Shown: piece by piece, positions 38,835 through 52,143 of the stretch
How the letters are laid out: each line of letters starts with the position of its first letter
How positions within the stretch are numbered: position 1 is the first letter of the stretch
From: an uncultured Gemmatimonadaceae bacterium
GTDB taxonomy: Bacteria; Gemmatimonadota; Gemmatimonadetes; Gemmatimonadales; Gemmatimonadaceae
NCBI GenBank assembly: GCA_963781585.1
Contig: CAWAGQ010000013.1
Location: 320,001 to 384,000, forward strand
Direction: 5' to 3'
Length of the DNA: 64,000 bases
Notes under the pieces: generated by a model
Seen by the model: the letters and a program-made list of their open reading frames with translations, nothing else
Told to the model about the DNA's origin: nothing
Database searches by the model: none
Program-made: the position numbers and the translations under genes

Positions 38835-40340
38835 TCAGCGTCCGACGCGCGACTCGAGCGTGATTTCGGGAAACTCCTTTCGAATAGCCTGGTCGGGGAA
38901 CGGCCGCGCGCCACTCAGGTGTGCGTCGAAGAACGCCACCACCAGTCGGCCGAGGATCGCCTGCATCCGGCGTGGATCGATGCCGCCCAGAACGCGGCGG
39001 CGCACGCTCGCGGGTGCGATGAATCCGATTTCGGTGAAGTCGGGATGCGTGGTGTGGGGGATGATCGCCCGATAGACCGGGGCCGTCGCCCAGCGGTAGA
39101 AGAGCTCGAATTCACTGAAATGGCCGTCGCTGGACAAGTACAGAAACGGCCTCGGCATCGGTCGGCGCGCGATCGCACCGAACGCCAGACCGTCCAGCGT
39201 GACCCCGGCGCCGCAGGATGGCTCGAGGATGCAGAACTCGGTCGCGAGCGCGCCGCCCAGGGACCATCCGATAATGCCGATCGAGTCGAGTGCCATTGCC
39301 GCGGGGCGACCCGGGAACAGACTGTCCGGACCCTGCGCGTTCAACGTGCGAAGTTGACCGAGCGTGAACCGTGTGTCCTCCATCCAGGCGTCCATGACTG
39401 GTTGGCGGATGTCGGAAATGTGCGCAAGCGTGTCGAGAAGGGCCGCCTGCCCTTGCGGGTCTGCCTGCTTGAAGGTGCTGAGCACCGTGCCGGCGGCCCG
39501 CTCGAATGCGGTCAACAGCGGATTGCTTTGCTCTCCTGCAACGACCCGCCCGTTCGGGAATACCACGATTCCGGCATACCGCGGGTGCGCCGTGCTGGCC
39601 ACGATGTAGCCGTGGCTCGCCAGCGCCTCCATCAGGAGGACATTCTGCGACTCGAAACCACGGGCGCCACTGCCGTCGGAGAACAGCACCACCGGGTACC
39701 GGGAGGCGGCACGCGAAAGGGGAACTTCGGCGTAACTGTGCGTCGGTACCCGCGCGGCATAGCGGAAGGCGAATCCCGGCAGCCGCGAGATTGTGGCGAG
39801 GTGTCGCGCGACCGGCAATGGCCAGAATGAGACAGGGGATCCGGTGACCGAATCGGCAGGATACCACAGGCGCACCAGCAGCGTTCGGTAGGAACCGGGC
39901 GTCGAATCGTTCCGCGTCGAGTCGACGAGGACCAGCCAGCGGGTGCCTACGCGGTAGGTGCCCGTCGGCGCCGGAAGTCGCGGGAAGGCGAACACCGAAG
40001 AGAGTGCTCCCGCCGCGGCCACGAGCAGAATGGCCGCAGCGGACGCACCGCCCAGGAGCCAGCGCCTCGCGCGCGCGGCATTCGGGCGGGGTTCGCTCGA
40101 CCGTGCGCTCCTGCGCCCGGTTTGCCGCCACGACGACGTGACGGTGAACAACACGACCAGTCCGGCGACCAGGTACGCCGGCGCCATCGTCCACCGTGGT
40201 ACGTCGTGCCACAGGTGCAGTCCCAGGGCCATCACCACAGCGGCCGACAGCAGCAGCCGTACGCGCGCTGCCGCGCCCGCGGCCAGCACTACCACCGCGA
40301 GGGCGGTGGAAATGAGGAGAAGCAATTCGTAGCGTTGCAC
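38835..40340 (-). CDS. Membrane-anchored alpha/beta hydrolase (PAF-AH-like)
   Basis: N-terminal TM helices, PTGTYRVG, LASHGYIV, GWSLGG, LDG, HPDFT; GTG start inferred. Confidence 0.8.
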   Translation of the reverse strand: MQRYELLLLISTALAVVVLAAGAAARVRLLLSAAVVMALGLHLWHDVPRWTMAPAYLVAGLVVLFTVTSSWRQTGRRSARSSEPRPNAARARRWLLGGASAAAILLVAAAGALSSVFAFPRLPAPTGTYRVGTRWLVLVDSTRNDSTPGSYRTLLVRLWYPADSVTGSPVSFWPLPVARHLATISRLPGFAFRYAARVPTHSYAEVPLSRAASRYPVVLFSDGSGARGFESQNVLLMEALASHGYIVASTAHPRYAGIVVFPNGRVVAGEQSNPLLTAFERAAGTVLSTFKQADPQGQAALLDTLAHISDIRQPVMDAWMEDTRFTLGQLRTLNAQGPDSLFPGRPAAMALDSIGIIGWSLGGALATEFCILEPSCGAGVTLDGLAFGAIARRPMPRPFLYLSSDGHFSEFELFYRWATAPVYRAIIPHTTHPDFTEIGFIAPASVRRRVLGGIDPRRMQAILGRLVVAFFDAHLSGARPFPDQAIRKEFPEITLESRVGR

Positions 40341-40447
40341 GTTGTCGAGACGGTGAGAGCGAAGCACCGCGCTCCGGACGCGGCGCCGTTCAATGGAAAG
40401 GCAGGCGTGCAGACTGTCAATCGAATCAGTCCCTGCATCACGAGGGC

Positions 40448-41356
40448 TCAGGGGCGCCCCGTGAGATAGCCGACCGCCTCCCCGGCGCTCCAGCACACCA
40501 GCAGCAGGAGCATGAGGGGCGCGGCGGCCAGAAACCGGCCCCGGTGCCTGCCCTTGGCCCACGTCGCCCGGAACTGCCTGACGAATACCACACCAGGAAT
40601 GAGCGGGGCCGCTGCCACCCAGCCCAGGCGCCTGACGCCTGAAGCCGAGCGTACCCGGGTGTACGCGAACAGGCGTCCCCAGCCGAAACGCTCGCGCATG
40701 ATGCGCGGAAGCGTGGTCTGTGTCCGCATCTGGCTCGTCACCAGCTCGGGCGTGAGGAACAGGGTTTCGCCGCGTTGCGACAGCGCGCCGTGCACTATCG
40801 GCTCGTGGTATCGCTCCCGCCACAGGTCGCGGGTGTCGTCGAGCGCGCGCCGCTTGTACGAAACGTTCACATCCGTTACCCAGACGGCGGGTCCCGCCGC
40901 GAACGGTGGCGCGTAACGCGTGAAATCGCAGAAGTACAGCGCCCAATTGGCCAGGTGATCGACCCCGTTTTCCACCGCCCCGCCGATCACCGCGTGCGGG
41001 AGCTCCGCGTGCAGGCGCATCACGCGACTCGTCCAGTCGGTAGTGGGGATGCCACGATCCTCCAGGATCGCGATGATGTCACCGGTGGCCGCGAGCAGGC
41101 CGGCGCTCCGCCTCCGATCGAACAGCTCGTGCTGTCCGCGTGGGCTGGTCGGGACGGCCATGGTCGGCACCGCTCCCATGGGGAGGAAGCGCACGCGCGG
41201 GAAGCGCGCCGCAATTGACGCAATGCCCGTCACGGTGTCGTCGAACGGGACCAGCACTTCCATTCCGGTGGGATCGATCTGGGCGTCGAGCACCTCGAGA
41301 CAGCGTGCGAGCGACGCGCCGCCTTCGACAATGGTGACGACGACCGACAGCTTCAT
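40448..41356 (-). CDS. GT-A/GT2-like glycosyltransferase
   Basis: KLSVVV, GDIIAILED, GGAVEN, NVSYKR, C-terminal TM segment. Confidence 0.75.
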   Translation of the reverse strand: MKLSVVVTIVEGGASLARCLEVLDAQIDPTGMEVLVPFDDTVTGIASIAARFPRVRFLPMGAVPTMAVPTSPRGQHELFDRRRSAGLLAATGDIIAILEDRGIPTTDWTSRVMRLHAELPHAVIGGAVENGVDHLANWALYFCDFTRYAPPFAAGPAVWVTDVNVSYKRRALDDTRDLWRERYHEPIVHGALSQRGETLFLTPELVTSQMRTQTTLPRIMRERFGWGRLFAYTRVRSASGVRRLGWVAAAPLIPGVVFVRQFRATWAKGRHRGRFLAAAPLMLLLLVCWSAGEAVGYLTGRP

Positions 41357-41384
41357 CCCGGTCGGGCGCGAGTCGGCACCGTCC

Positions 41385-42464
41385 TCATGACGCCCGCGTC
41401 GCGGGCGCGGGCGAAGCCGTTCTCGGAGATTCGAGGGTCACCGCCGATCCGGAGGTGGTAGAGCGGTAGACCGCCTGCGCGATTTCGTTCGCCCGGAAGC
41501 CCGACCAGCCATCGGCGAGATCGACCGCGGTGTCGCCGCCGACCAGCCGCAGGAAATCGCGCAGCTCGTCGTCGAACGAAAGCTGCGACGTCGTTTGCCA
41601 GCCCTTCAGCTTCTCGCGGAGAATGATCTCCGGATAGAACCGGTAGGACTTCCGGCGCGCGGCGCCCGGACGTTCGTGCGTGACGAGCAGGTTGAACATC
41701 GGCGCGTAGGAAGCACGCACCATGCCGAGTGTGCCGTAGACGTCCACGATCCACTTGTAGCCGCGCCATTCATCCCAGGTGGCCTGATAGATGACGGGAA
41801 TGCCGCCGGCGGTCCGCATCACCGCAACCGCATTATCCTCCGAGCCCGCAACGTTCCAGATCCGGTTGCTGGCGAATCCGTAGACTTCGGTGATCTCGCC
41901 CGCCACATAACGAGCGAGATCGGTCATGTGAATGCCCACGTCCATCATCGCGCCGCCACCCGACAGCTCGCCTTTGTACTGCCAGTCGGCGCGGAAATTG
42001 TGCAGGCCGTCGTGTCCGCCGAAGACGCGCAGATGGTCGATCTCGCCGATGCGCGACGCGGCGAGCGCTTCCTTGAGGAACTTGATGGCCGGATAGAAGC
42101 GATGATTGAAGCCCACGGCCAGCGCCCGTCCGGCCTCGACCTGCGCCTGAAGGATATTCCCGCAGGCCGGCAGCGAATTGGCGAAGGGTTTCTCCACGAG
42201 CACGTGGCATCCCTTGCCGAGGGCGTGACAGCACATCTCCTCGTGCAGCGTGACCGGCGACGAAATCATGACGCCGTCGGGTGCAAGCTCGTCAATCAGC
42301 TGTCGATAGTCGGCGAATGCCTTGGTGTTGAACCGGCCGGCGACTTCCACCGCGCTCACGCGGTTCACGTCGGCCACCCCAACCAATTCCGTCTCTGGAT
42401 GATCGTGGATAGACCGGGCGCGAAGCCGGCCGATGACACCCGTGCCGATGACTGCAAGACGCAT
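41385..42464 (-). CDS. Gfo/Idh/MocA family oxidoreductase
   Basis: MRLAVIGTGVIG, HVLVEKP, GFNHRF, GGGAMMDVGIH. Confidence 0.92.
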   Translation of the reverse strand: MRLAVIGTGVIGRLRARSIHDHPETELVGVADVNRVSAVEVAGRFNTKAFADYRQLIDELAPDGVMISSPVTLHEEMCCHALGKGCHVLVEKPFANSLPACGNILQAQVEAGRALAVGFNHRFYPAIKFLKEALAASRIGEIDHLRVFGGHDGLHNFRADWQYKGELSGGGAMMDVGIHMTDLARYVAGEITEVYGFASNRIWNVAGSEDNAVAVMRTAGGIPVIYQATWDEWRGYKWIVDVYGTLGMVRASYAPMFNLLVTHERPGAARRKSYRFYPEIILREKLKGWQTTSQLSFDDELRDFLRLVGGDTAVDLADGWSGFRANEIAQAVYRSTTSGSAVTLESPRTASPAPATRAS

Positions 42465-42513
42465 GGTCGCCAAATTTACCTGCTGAGACTCTGGTGAGCT
42501 ACGGATCGCCGAT

Positions 42514-43410
42514 ATGCCCGACGTCGAACTCTCGGTAGTCGTTCCCGCGGTCAACACGCTGCTGGACCTCACGGGGTGCCTCGAAGCGTTGGACGCGCAG
42601 CGCGGCGAAGTGCAACTCGAAGTCCTCGTCATGAATCGGCTGGGCGCCCCGATTCGCGAGGCACTGCCGCGGCTGTTTCCATGGGTGCGGGTGCTCGACG
42701 TGCCGGCCGACACCACGATTCCCGAAATGCGAGCCGCGGCATTCCGCGCCGCCCAGGGCCGCGCGGTGGCCGTGATCGAGGATCACGTGGTCGTGCCGCG
42801 CGGCTGGGCGCGGCAGATGCTCGCGGCGCTCGGCGAGGGGAAGGTCGTGGTGGGTGGCGCGGTGGAGAATGCGGCGACCGGCACCCTCATGGACTGGGCC
42901 GCGTTTCTGTGCGAGTACAGTCACTGCATCCCGCCTATCGAGTCGGGCGCGGTGAGCTGGCTGACCGGCAACAACGTGGTGTACGACCGGCGACTGCTCG
43001 ACGCCCATCGCCAGGTCCTTGAGGCGGGCAAGTGGGAGAACTACCTCCATGATACGCTGCGTGCCGAAGGGATCGAGCTGACCTGCCATCCGGAAATCGT
43101 GGTGGGCCACAAGAAGCACTACTCGTTCGGCGAGTACCTCTCGCAGCGCTACCTCTACGCGCGCTCCTACGCGGGCGCGCGGGTGGCTGGCGCCCCGCTC
43201 CCCAGGCGCCTCGCGTACGGGCTCGCCGCGTTGGCGTTGCCGCCGCTGCTCCTGTATCGCACCGTGTCACGCATTGCCCGAAAGGGGAGATACATGGGAA
43301 CGTTGGCCAAGTCGATCCCTCTGATCGCGGCGTTCGTCGTCTCCTGGGGGGTGGGCGAGGTGGTGGGGTATTGGGTTGGTCCGGGCGACGCACTCAGCAA
43401 GGTGTGCTGA
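42514..43410 (+). CDS. GT2-like glycosyltransferase
   Basis: LSVVVP, AVIEDH, GGAVEN, NNVVY; paralogous to 40448-41356. Confidence 0.78.
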   Translation: MPDVELSVVVPAVNTLLDLTGCLEALDAQRGEVQLEVLVMNRLGAPIREALPRLFPWVRVLDVPADTTIPEMRAAAFRAAQGRAVAVIEDHVVVPRGWARQMLAALGEGKVVVGGAVENAATGTLMDWAAFLCEYSHCIPPIESGAVSWLTGNNVVYDRRLLDAHRQVLEAGKWENYLHDTLRAEGIELTCHPEIVVGHKKHYSFGEYLSQRYLYARSYAGARVAGAPLPRRLAYGLAALALPPLLLYRTVSRIARKGRYMGTLAKSIPLIAAFVVSWGVGEVVGYWVGPGDALSKVC

Positions 43411-43429
43411 CCCGCAGCAGCTTCGCTTC

Positions 43430-44821
43430 TCAGGCGTTGCGGTCGATGCAGGTATTGTTGCCGATCGGCAGGTTGGGATTGTTCTGTTCGGCCTGCGGAA
43501 CCGGGATCGTGACGTCAGTACCGTAGTTGCCACCCTTGTGCCACGCACCGGTCGGGAACACGGCATCGGCGCCCCGCCCGTACTGCCGGATGAGTCGGCG
43601 CAGATCGCCCACCCGGTGGCCGGTGGAGAACATCCAGAACCCCCGCTCGCGGAATAGCTGATCCACGCGCGCCGCGTCGCTGCCCGCGTCGCTGAGCGGC
43701 GTGAGGCCGGACACCGTGGTGCGTGCGGCGTTGAGGGTCGCGAGCGACCCGCCGGGGTTGCCTGCCTTCAGCTGCGCCTCGGCTTCGATCATTCGTGCCT
43801 CGATCCCGCTCACGATGGTGACAGACGCGTCGCGGGTCGCCCAGATCCGCTGCACGTAGATCGGTGTGGTGAGATCGTCGCGAACGGTCTGGGTGACGCC
43901 GATCGCCTTGCACACCGCGTCGCCGCCCTGGCAGGTGGGAAGACGCGGGTCGTTCGCGGTCGCGAAGTTGAGCCCGTTGGTCCCCTCGCCCGTGCTGACG
44001 CTGTACCGCCGGGCGCTGTTGTTGTAGGACCAGATCTGATTGCTGTTCGTCGTCTGGGCATGGAACATCTGATAGACGAACGACGTCGAGACGCCGGCCA
44101 CGGCGGTCGCGGCCGAGGCGTACTGGTTCATGTTGAGCAGGATCCGCCCTTTGATCACTCGCAGTGCGCTCGCGACCTTGACATCGCTCGCGGTCGTACC
44201 CGTGATCAGGGCCAGCCCCGAATCGGCGTGCGCAAGCGCCCGCTCGAACGTGGCTTCCACCGTAATCGGCTCTCCATACTTCTCAGCCCCGTCCACCACC
44301 GTGCTGAAAATGATGCCGTTGCAGTAGTCCTCGCCCATGATGTTCTCGACGAACGCCTCCACGAAGTACATCTCGGCGACGTTGGCGTGCGGAGCGCTCG
44401 GGTTGTACTGGTCGAGCAGCTGGATCGCCTGCTCCGCGGACAGCCGCGCGCGATGCATCGAACGGTTGGCGCTGGTGAGAAAGTTGTTCTGGATCGTGAT
44501 GGTTCGTTCGTCGATCTCCTGACGGGCGATGAAGGAGTCGCCGTTGTTCCACTCGTCGGCGAACAGCCCGCCCAGAAGGAAGATCCCCTCGTCACCCGAC
44601 GAACCGCCGCTGGTGGCGGAGTTGAGCCGGGCCAGTGCGCCCAGGCGCACCGCGTCGGCCCCGGCGGCGGACGCGACGTTCCCGGGATTGATGATGTCGG
44701 GGTCGGTGACCCCCAGAATCTCATCCGGTGTCCTGCAGGCGCTCATCGGCAGCGCCGCAAGCGCGATCACCGAGAGGAGGTAGCGCGCCGTACGCGCTCT
44801 CTTGATGGTATGTGCGTGCAT
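43430..44821 (-). CDS. susD: RagB/SusD family outer-membrane lipoprotein
   Basis: Lipobox MSAC, EARMIEAEA, LFRERGFWMF..GHRVGDLRR, PVPQAEQNNPN. Confidence 0.88.
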   Translation of the reverse strand: MHAHTIKRARTARYLLSVIALAALPMSACRTPDEILGVTDPDIINPGNVASAAGADAVRLGALARLNSATSGGSSGDEGIFLLGGLFADEWNNGDSFIARQEIDERTITIQNNFLTSANRSMHRARLSAEQAIQLLDQYNPSAPHANVAEMYFVEAFVENIMGEDYCNGIIFSTVVDGAEKYGEPITVEATFERALAHADSGLALITGTTASDVKVASALRVIKGRILLNMNQYASAATAVAGVSTSFVYQMFHAQTTNSNQIWSYNNSARRYSVSTGEGTNGLNFATANDPRLPTCQGGDAVCKAIGVTQTVRDDLTTPIYVQRIWATRDASVTIVSGIEARMIEAEAQLKAGNPGGSLATLNAARTTVSGLTPLSDAGSDAARVDQLFRERGFWMFSTGHRVGDLRRLIRQYGRGADAVFPTGAWHKGGNYGTDVTIPVPQAEQNNPNLPIGNNTCIDRNA

Positions 44822-44828
44822 GCGTGCC

Positions 44829-47933
<3,105 letters not shown>

Positions 47934-48481
47934 AGGCACTCTCCGAGGAGGATCCGTGAATGTGGCAGGGAACCAGGGCGCCGGGTCGCGGGCCACCATG
48001 CACTGTCGATGGCTGGCGATCACGTCGGCGCCGCTCCGCCCCGATGTTCGCGGCGGCGCGTGCGCAAACCCCGACCGCCGCCGGTGACTACGGCGTGCGG
48101 TCCATCGGTTCGCGTTAGGGTGCGGAGGCAGAATCCGCGACTGCTGCGTCATTCGTGCATCTGGGGTCGAATAAGCTGCGACGTCCCCTCCGGATTCACA
48201 ATGGCGATTCAGCGGACACGGTGACCGGGCGACCGCGCGCCGGGACAAGCCGCGTATCGACGGCCTCGACTGTGCCGAATGCCTCCAACGGAACCGGCTA
48301 CCGCGCCGCTGGCGGTCGACTTGTGAACGGGAGGGTGCCGACACGGATTGCTCGACGCACGAGGTCCGTCCGCGACGCCGGCGCTGGGTGTCCGGGTGGC
48401 AGAGTCGGGTCCTTGCATCTGAAGGCCTTGACGTCGTTCGAGAGAGCCACGATCGTACCGGCGGCGACGATCCGCGCCGAA

Positions 48482-48593
48482 CCTCTCGAAGACTCCGCCC
48501 CAGCCGGAGTCCTGTGCGAGGCAAAGGGGGGGCATACTCCCGGATCTGTATCGTCGGTCCTTTGCGTCGCCATGGCGCGCTGCTGGGGAGAGG
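48482..48593 (+). ncRNA. Candidate structured cis-regulatory RNA with pseudoknot (unassigned family)
   Basis: CCTCT/AGAGG closing stem; GACTCCG/CGGAGTC hairpin whose loop CCCCAGC complements GCTGGGG (48582-48588); GCGAGGCAAAGG/CCTTTGCGTCGC stem. Confidence 0.5.
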
Positions 48594-48621
48594 CCATGGT
48601 GCGCCCAAAGGAGACACGACG

Positions 48622-49341
48622 ATGCCGATCAACAAGGATCTCAAGCGCCTGGTTCGCGCTCGCATGAGAAAGACGGGCGAAGCCTACACCGCCGCCCGCG
48701 CGCAGATCATCAGGAAGGGCAGGGCGCGGACCGCTCTGTCGACCGCCGACGCCACGCCCCCCCTCGCATCCGCTCCCGCGCCAAAGGACTACGCGAAGCT
48801 CGCCGGCACGAGCGACGCGGCCCTGAAGGCGAAGACGGGATGCACCTGGGAGCGCTGGGTGCGCTCGCTCGACCACCATGGCGCCGACAGGATGACGCAC
48901 CGCGACATTGCCGCGATGGTCCGGTCGAAGTACAGGATCGATGGATGGTGGTCGCAGACGGTCGCGGTCGGGTACGAGCGCATCAAGGGGTTGCGCGCGC
49001 GCGGCCAGCAGCGCAACGGGACGTACGAGATGACCAAGTCGCGGACGTTCGGGGTACCGGTGACGACTTTGTTTGCAGCCTGGGCCGATGCGGACATCCG
49101 CCGCCGTTGGTTGAATGGCGCGTCCGTGAGGGTGCGCCGGTCCACGGCGCCCAGATCGATGCGGCTCGACTGGACTGACGGGAGCATCGTTGCCGTCGGG
49201 TTCATGTCAAAGGGCAGGTCGAAGAGTTCTGTGGCCGTCGCGCACACGAAGCTGCCCGATTGGGAGACGGCGGACCGGCTCCGGAAGGAGTGGGCCGAGC
49301 GGCTGGAGGCGCTGGGGAAGGCCGTGGGCCAGACGTCATAG
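48622..49341 (+). CDS. Protein with basic N-terminal helix, DUF4287-like domain and SRPBCC-like C-terminus
   Basis: KDLKRLVRARMRKTGEAYTAARAQI; AKTGCTWERW...GWWSQTVAVGYERIKG; RBS AAAGGAG. Confidence 0.8.
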   Translation: MPINKDLKRLVRARMRKTGEAYTAARAQIIRKGRARTALSTADATPPLASAPAPKDYAKLAGTSDAALKAKTGCTWERWVRSLDHHGADRMTHRDIAAMVRSKYRIDGWWSQTVAVGYERIKGLRARGQQRNGTYEMTKSRTFGVPVTTLFAAWADADIRRRWLNGASVRVRRSTAPRSMRLDWTDGSIVAVGFMSKGRSKSSVAVAHTKLPDWETADRLRKEWAERLEALGKAVGQTS

Positions 49342-49650
49342 GCCAAAGGCCATGGGCCAGAGGACAAGGTCACAGCCCAAGGGTCACAGGCCATGAAAGG
49401 ACATGGTTCGCCGCCTGACCCGGGATCGCCGCATCGGGTCCCGGGTCGGGCATCCCAGCCGTACGCAGCCCAAACCCTGAGCCATGATTGCGTTGTCCGG
49501 TCGCGAGATGAAGAGCTCGAAGCCGAAGCAGACGGTTGCTGCCGCTGCCCCATCCACGGCAGGGCCTAACGGGTTATGAGCAGGCCGCGCGGGAACTCGT
49601 CAGGCACTATCACCGTATCGTGGCCACCGATGCCAGTGCTGCACGTCCGG

Positions 49651-49710
49651 GTGGGGCGCCCTGGCGCCGGCTGGTGCGTGTTGGCGCCGGCTGGTGCGCC
49701 CTGGCGCCGC
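49651..49710. repeat. Short 10/20-bp tandem repeat (CTGGCGCCGG-CTGGTGCGCC)
   Basis: Six consecutive related 10-mers in intergenic DNA. Confidence 0.6.
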
Positions 49711-49719
49711 AAGGGTGCG

Positions 49720-52143
49720 CTACCCGGCCGAGAGGCTCTTCCGTGCGTCGACACGCATGGCGCGGATCGCCGATGGCGCCGCAGTCAGGGCTGCCAGCCC
49801 GAGTACACTCAGGCTGACTGTCGCGAATACCAGGAGCGATCGCGGTGCGATCCCGAACACGAACGCCCGGAGGGCGCCCGCCAGCAGCCACGCCCCGACC
49901 AGTCCGGCCGCCACGCCGGGAATCGTCAGGCGTGCCGCCTGCGCGAGCACCGCGCGGCCCAGGTCACCCGGTGCGGCACCGAAAATGAGCCGCAACGCGA
50001 ACTCGCGCTCACGGTTGGCCACGAGCTGCCGCATGACTCCGTAGCTGCCCAGTCCGACAATGGCGACTGCCATCAGCGCGAATCCAAGCAGCACCAGGGC
50101 CCGCAGCCGGGCCAGGGCGTTGGCCTGCGCAACGAGTGTGTCGAGCGTCGTCGTCGCACTTGCCGCAACGATTGGATCGGTGGCTTTCAGCGCCCGCCGA
50201 AGTGCCGCGAGCGCGGCGCCCGGCGCGCTTCCGGATTCCACCACGATGGAGAGTCGCGACACCGACGTCTGCGCGAACGGCACATAGACCGTCTGGCCCT
50301 CCGGCGCGTTGTATCCGGCGTCCATCACATTGCCTGCGATGCCGACGATCTCGAGTGTCTGCGGAGGCGCCGTGCTGCTGGCGATCCGGAGGATCCGTTT
50401 GCCAACCGCGTTTTCTCCCGGCCAGTACCTGGCTGCCAGCGCGGCGCTCACGATCGCCACCGGCCTGGACGCGGAATCGTCGTGCGCGTCGAATGCCCGA
50501 CCGCGCAACACGGGGATTCCCATGGCGTGCAGATAGCCGGGTGAGACGCGGCGGAAATTGAACAGTGTCGGCTCGCCGGACGTGGAGCCGTCCGGGGCCG
50601 GAACCAGGAACCGCCCACCCCAAGGGACGTCGCCGACCGGCAGGGTGTTGGTGAAGCCGGCCATGCGCAGCGATCCGTCGCGTGCGAGGTTGGCCAGCAA
50701 CGCGTTACCGAAGGCGACCCTCGTCGCGTGCGATGGGTATTGCGCGTCAGGCAGCGTGATGCGTGCCACCACCTTGTGTGCCGAGATGAATCCGTCGGGC
50801 ACGTTGGCGAGATTGCGGAACGTGACGGCGATGAGTGCCGCGCTCGCGAGCACCACCACCGACAGCGCAGACTGCATGACCACCATCGCTTTCTGCCACC
50901 GGAGGGCCCCCGACGAAAGCGTCATTGCACGCGACGAGGCCCGCAGCGCCTCCACCACGTTGCTGCGGCGGCTGAACCAGACCGGCAGCGTGCCGGCAGC
51001 GAGCGTCGCGACCGCCGCCACGGCGGCACTGAGGAGGAGAACCGTGCCATCGAGGCGCAGGTTCGCCAGGAAGTAATCCGAAGACGTACCGACGTTCATC
51101 TGGCGCGCCGCCGAGACCGCGAGGAAGGCGACGACCGTGCCAAACATGAATCCCATCGCAACCACCACAGCGCTCTGGGTCAGGAGCAGCCGCATCACGC
51201 GATGCTGCCGCGCCCCCAGCGCCACGCGCACCGCCATCTCGGGCGCTCGCTCGAACCCCCACGCCATCAGCAGTGATGCGAGGTTGAGCACGGCGAGCAC
51301 CAGCAGCACGGCAGCACCCGCCTGAATGAGCAGGACGGTGGCGTCAGCGCCGGACAGGAGCTGCTCGCGCAGCGTCTGCGGCACGTAGTGATAGTCGCGG
51401 TTGTCGGGCGGGTTGGCGTCGCGCGTGCGACGGGTGAACTCCGCGAGTTCGGCCCGCACGGCCTCGCCTGATCTCCCGTCGGCGACGCGGCCGAACACGG
51501 TGAGGAGACGACCGCCGTTGATGGCCGCTCGCTGTGCCGGAGGAAGGTCGAACGGCTGCCAGATGTCCGTGGGTGCGGGCTGGGCAAAGCCCTCGGGCAT
51601 CACCCCGATGACGGTGGTGCGCACCCCGTTGATTGTGAGTGCGCGTCCGATGACGGACGAATCGCCGGCGAGCGCGCCGTTCCAGAACGCGTGACTCACC
51701 ACCACGACCGGCGCCGGTGACGGCCCCTCCTCCGCCGGCGTGAACGCGCGGCCGAGGATGGGCTGGACACGCATTGTCGGGAAGAAGCTGGCGGTGGCGA
51801 GCGTGGCCTGCAACGAACGAACTTCACCGTGGTCATCCCAGCTCGCGATGTTCGAGACGAGGCAGGTCACGTCGGCGAACGCGCGCTGCGTTGCGCGGAT
51901 GAGTTGGTAGTTCGGGTACGCATCGTTGAAGAGCACCATGCCGCGCCCCGGCAGGTCGCGCTCCGGGGCGATCACGATCAGCCGGTCGGGCTCCGGGACC
52001 GCGAATCCCGCGAACAGGAAGCCGCGGACAACGGAAAAGGCCGTGGTGTTGGCACCTAACGCGCCGGCCATGGTGAGCACGGCGACTGCCGCGACGGTCC
52101 GGCGGCGGGCCAGGAAGCGGATACTGGCGATGAGATCGTTCAT
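49720..52143 (-). CDS. ADOP-like duplicated ABC permease
   Basis: LTMAGALGANTTAFS, EMAVRVALGA, REFALRLIFGA; ATGA overlap with the upstream CGNR gene. Confidence 0.88.
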   Translation of the reverse strand: MNDLIASIRFLARRRTVAAVAVLTMAGALGANTTAFSVVRGFLFAGFAVPEPDRLIVIAPERDLPGRGMVLFNDAYPNYQLIRATQRAFADVTCLVSNIASWDDHGEVRSLQATLATASFFPTMRVQPILGRAFTPAEEGPSPAPVVVVSHAFWNGALAGDSSVIGRALTINGVRTTVIGVMPEGFAQPAPTDIWQPFDLPPAQRAAINGGRLLTVFGRVADGRSGEAVRAELAEFTRRTRDANPPDNRDYHYVPQTLREQLLSGADATVLLIQAGAAVLLVLAVLNLASLLMAWGFERAPEMAVRVALGARQHRVMRLLLTQSAVVVAMGFMFGTVVAFLAVSAARQMNVGTSSDYFLANLRLDGTVLLLSAAVAAVATLAAGTLPVWFSRRSNVVEALRASSRAMTLSSGALRWQKAMVVMQSALSVVVLASAALIAVTFRNLANVPDGFISAHKVVARITLPDAQYPSHATRVAFGNALLANLARDGSLRMAGFTNTLPVGDVPWGGRFLVPAPDGSTSGEPTLFNFRRVSPGYLHAMGIPVLRGRAFDAHDDSASRPVAIVSAALAARYWPGENAVGKRILRIASSTAPPQTLEIVGIAGNVMDAGYNAPEGQTVYVPFAQTSVSRLSIVVESGSAPGAALAALRRALKATDPIVAASATTTLDTLVAQANALARLRALVLLGFALMAVAIVGLGSYGVMRQLVANREREFALRLIFGAAPGDLGRAVLAQAARLTIPGVAAGLVGAWLLAGALRAFVFGIAPRSLLVFATVSLSVLGLAALTAAPSAIRAMRVDARKSLSAG

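Noticed and set aside
49564..49580. GCCTAAC as the start of another attC
   Set aside because: No L boxes, pairing arms or properly spaced GTTRRRY follow
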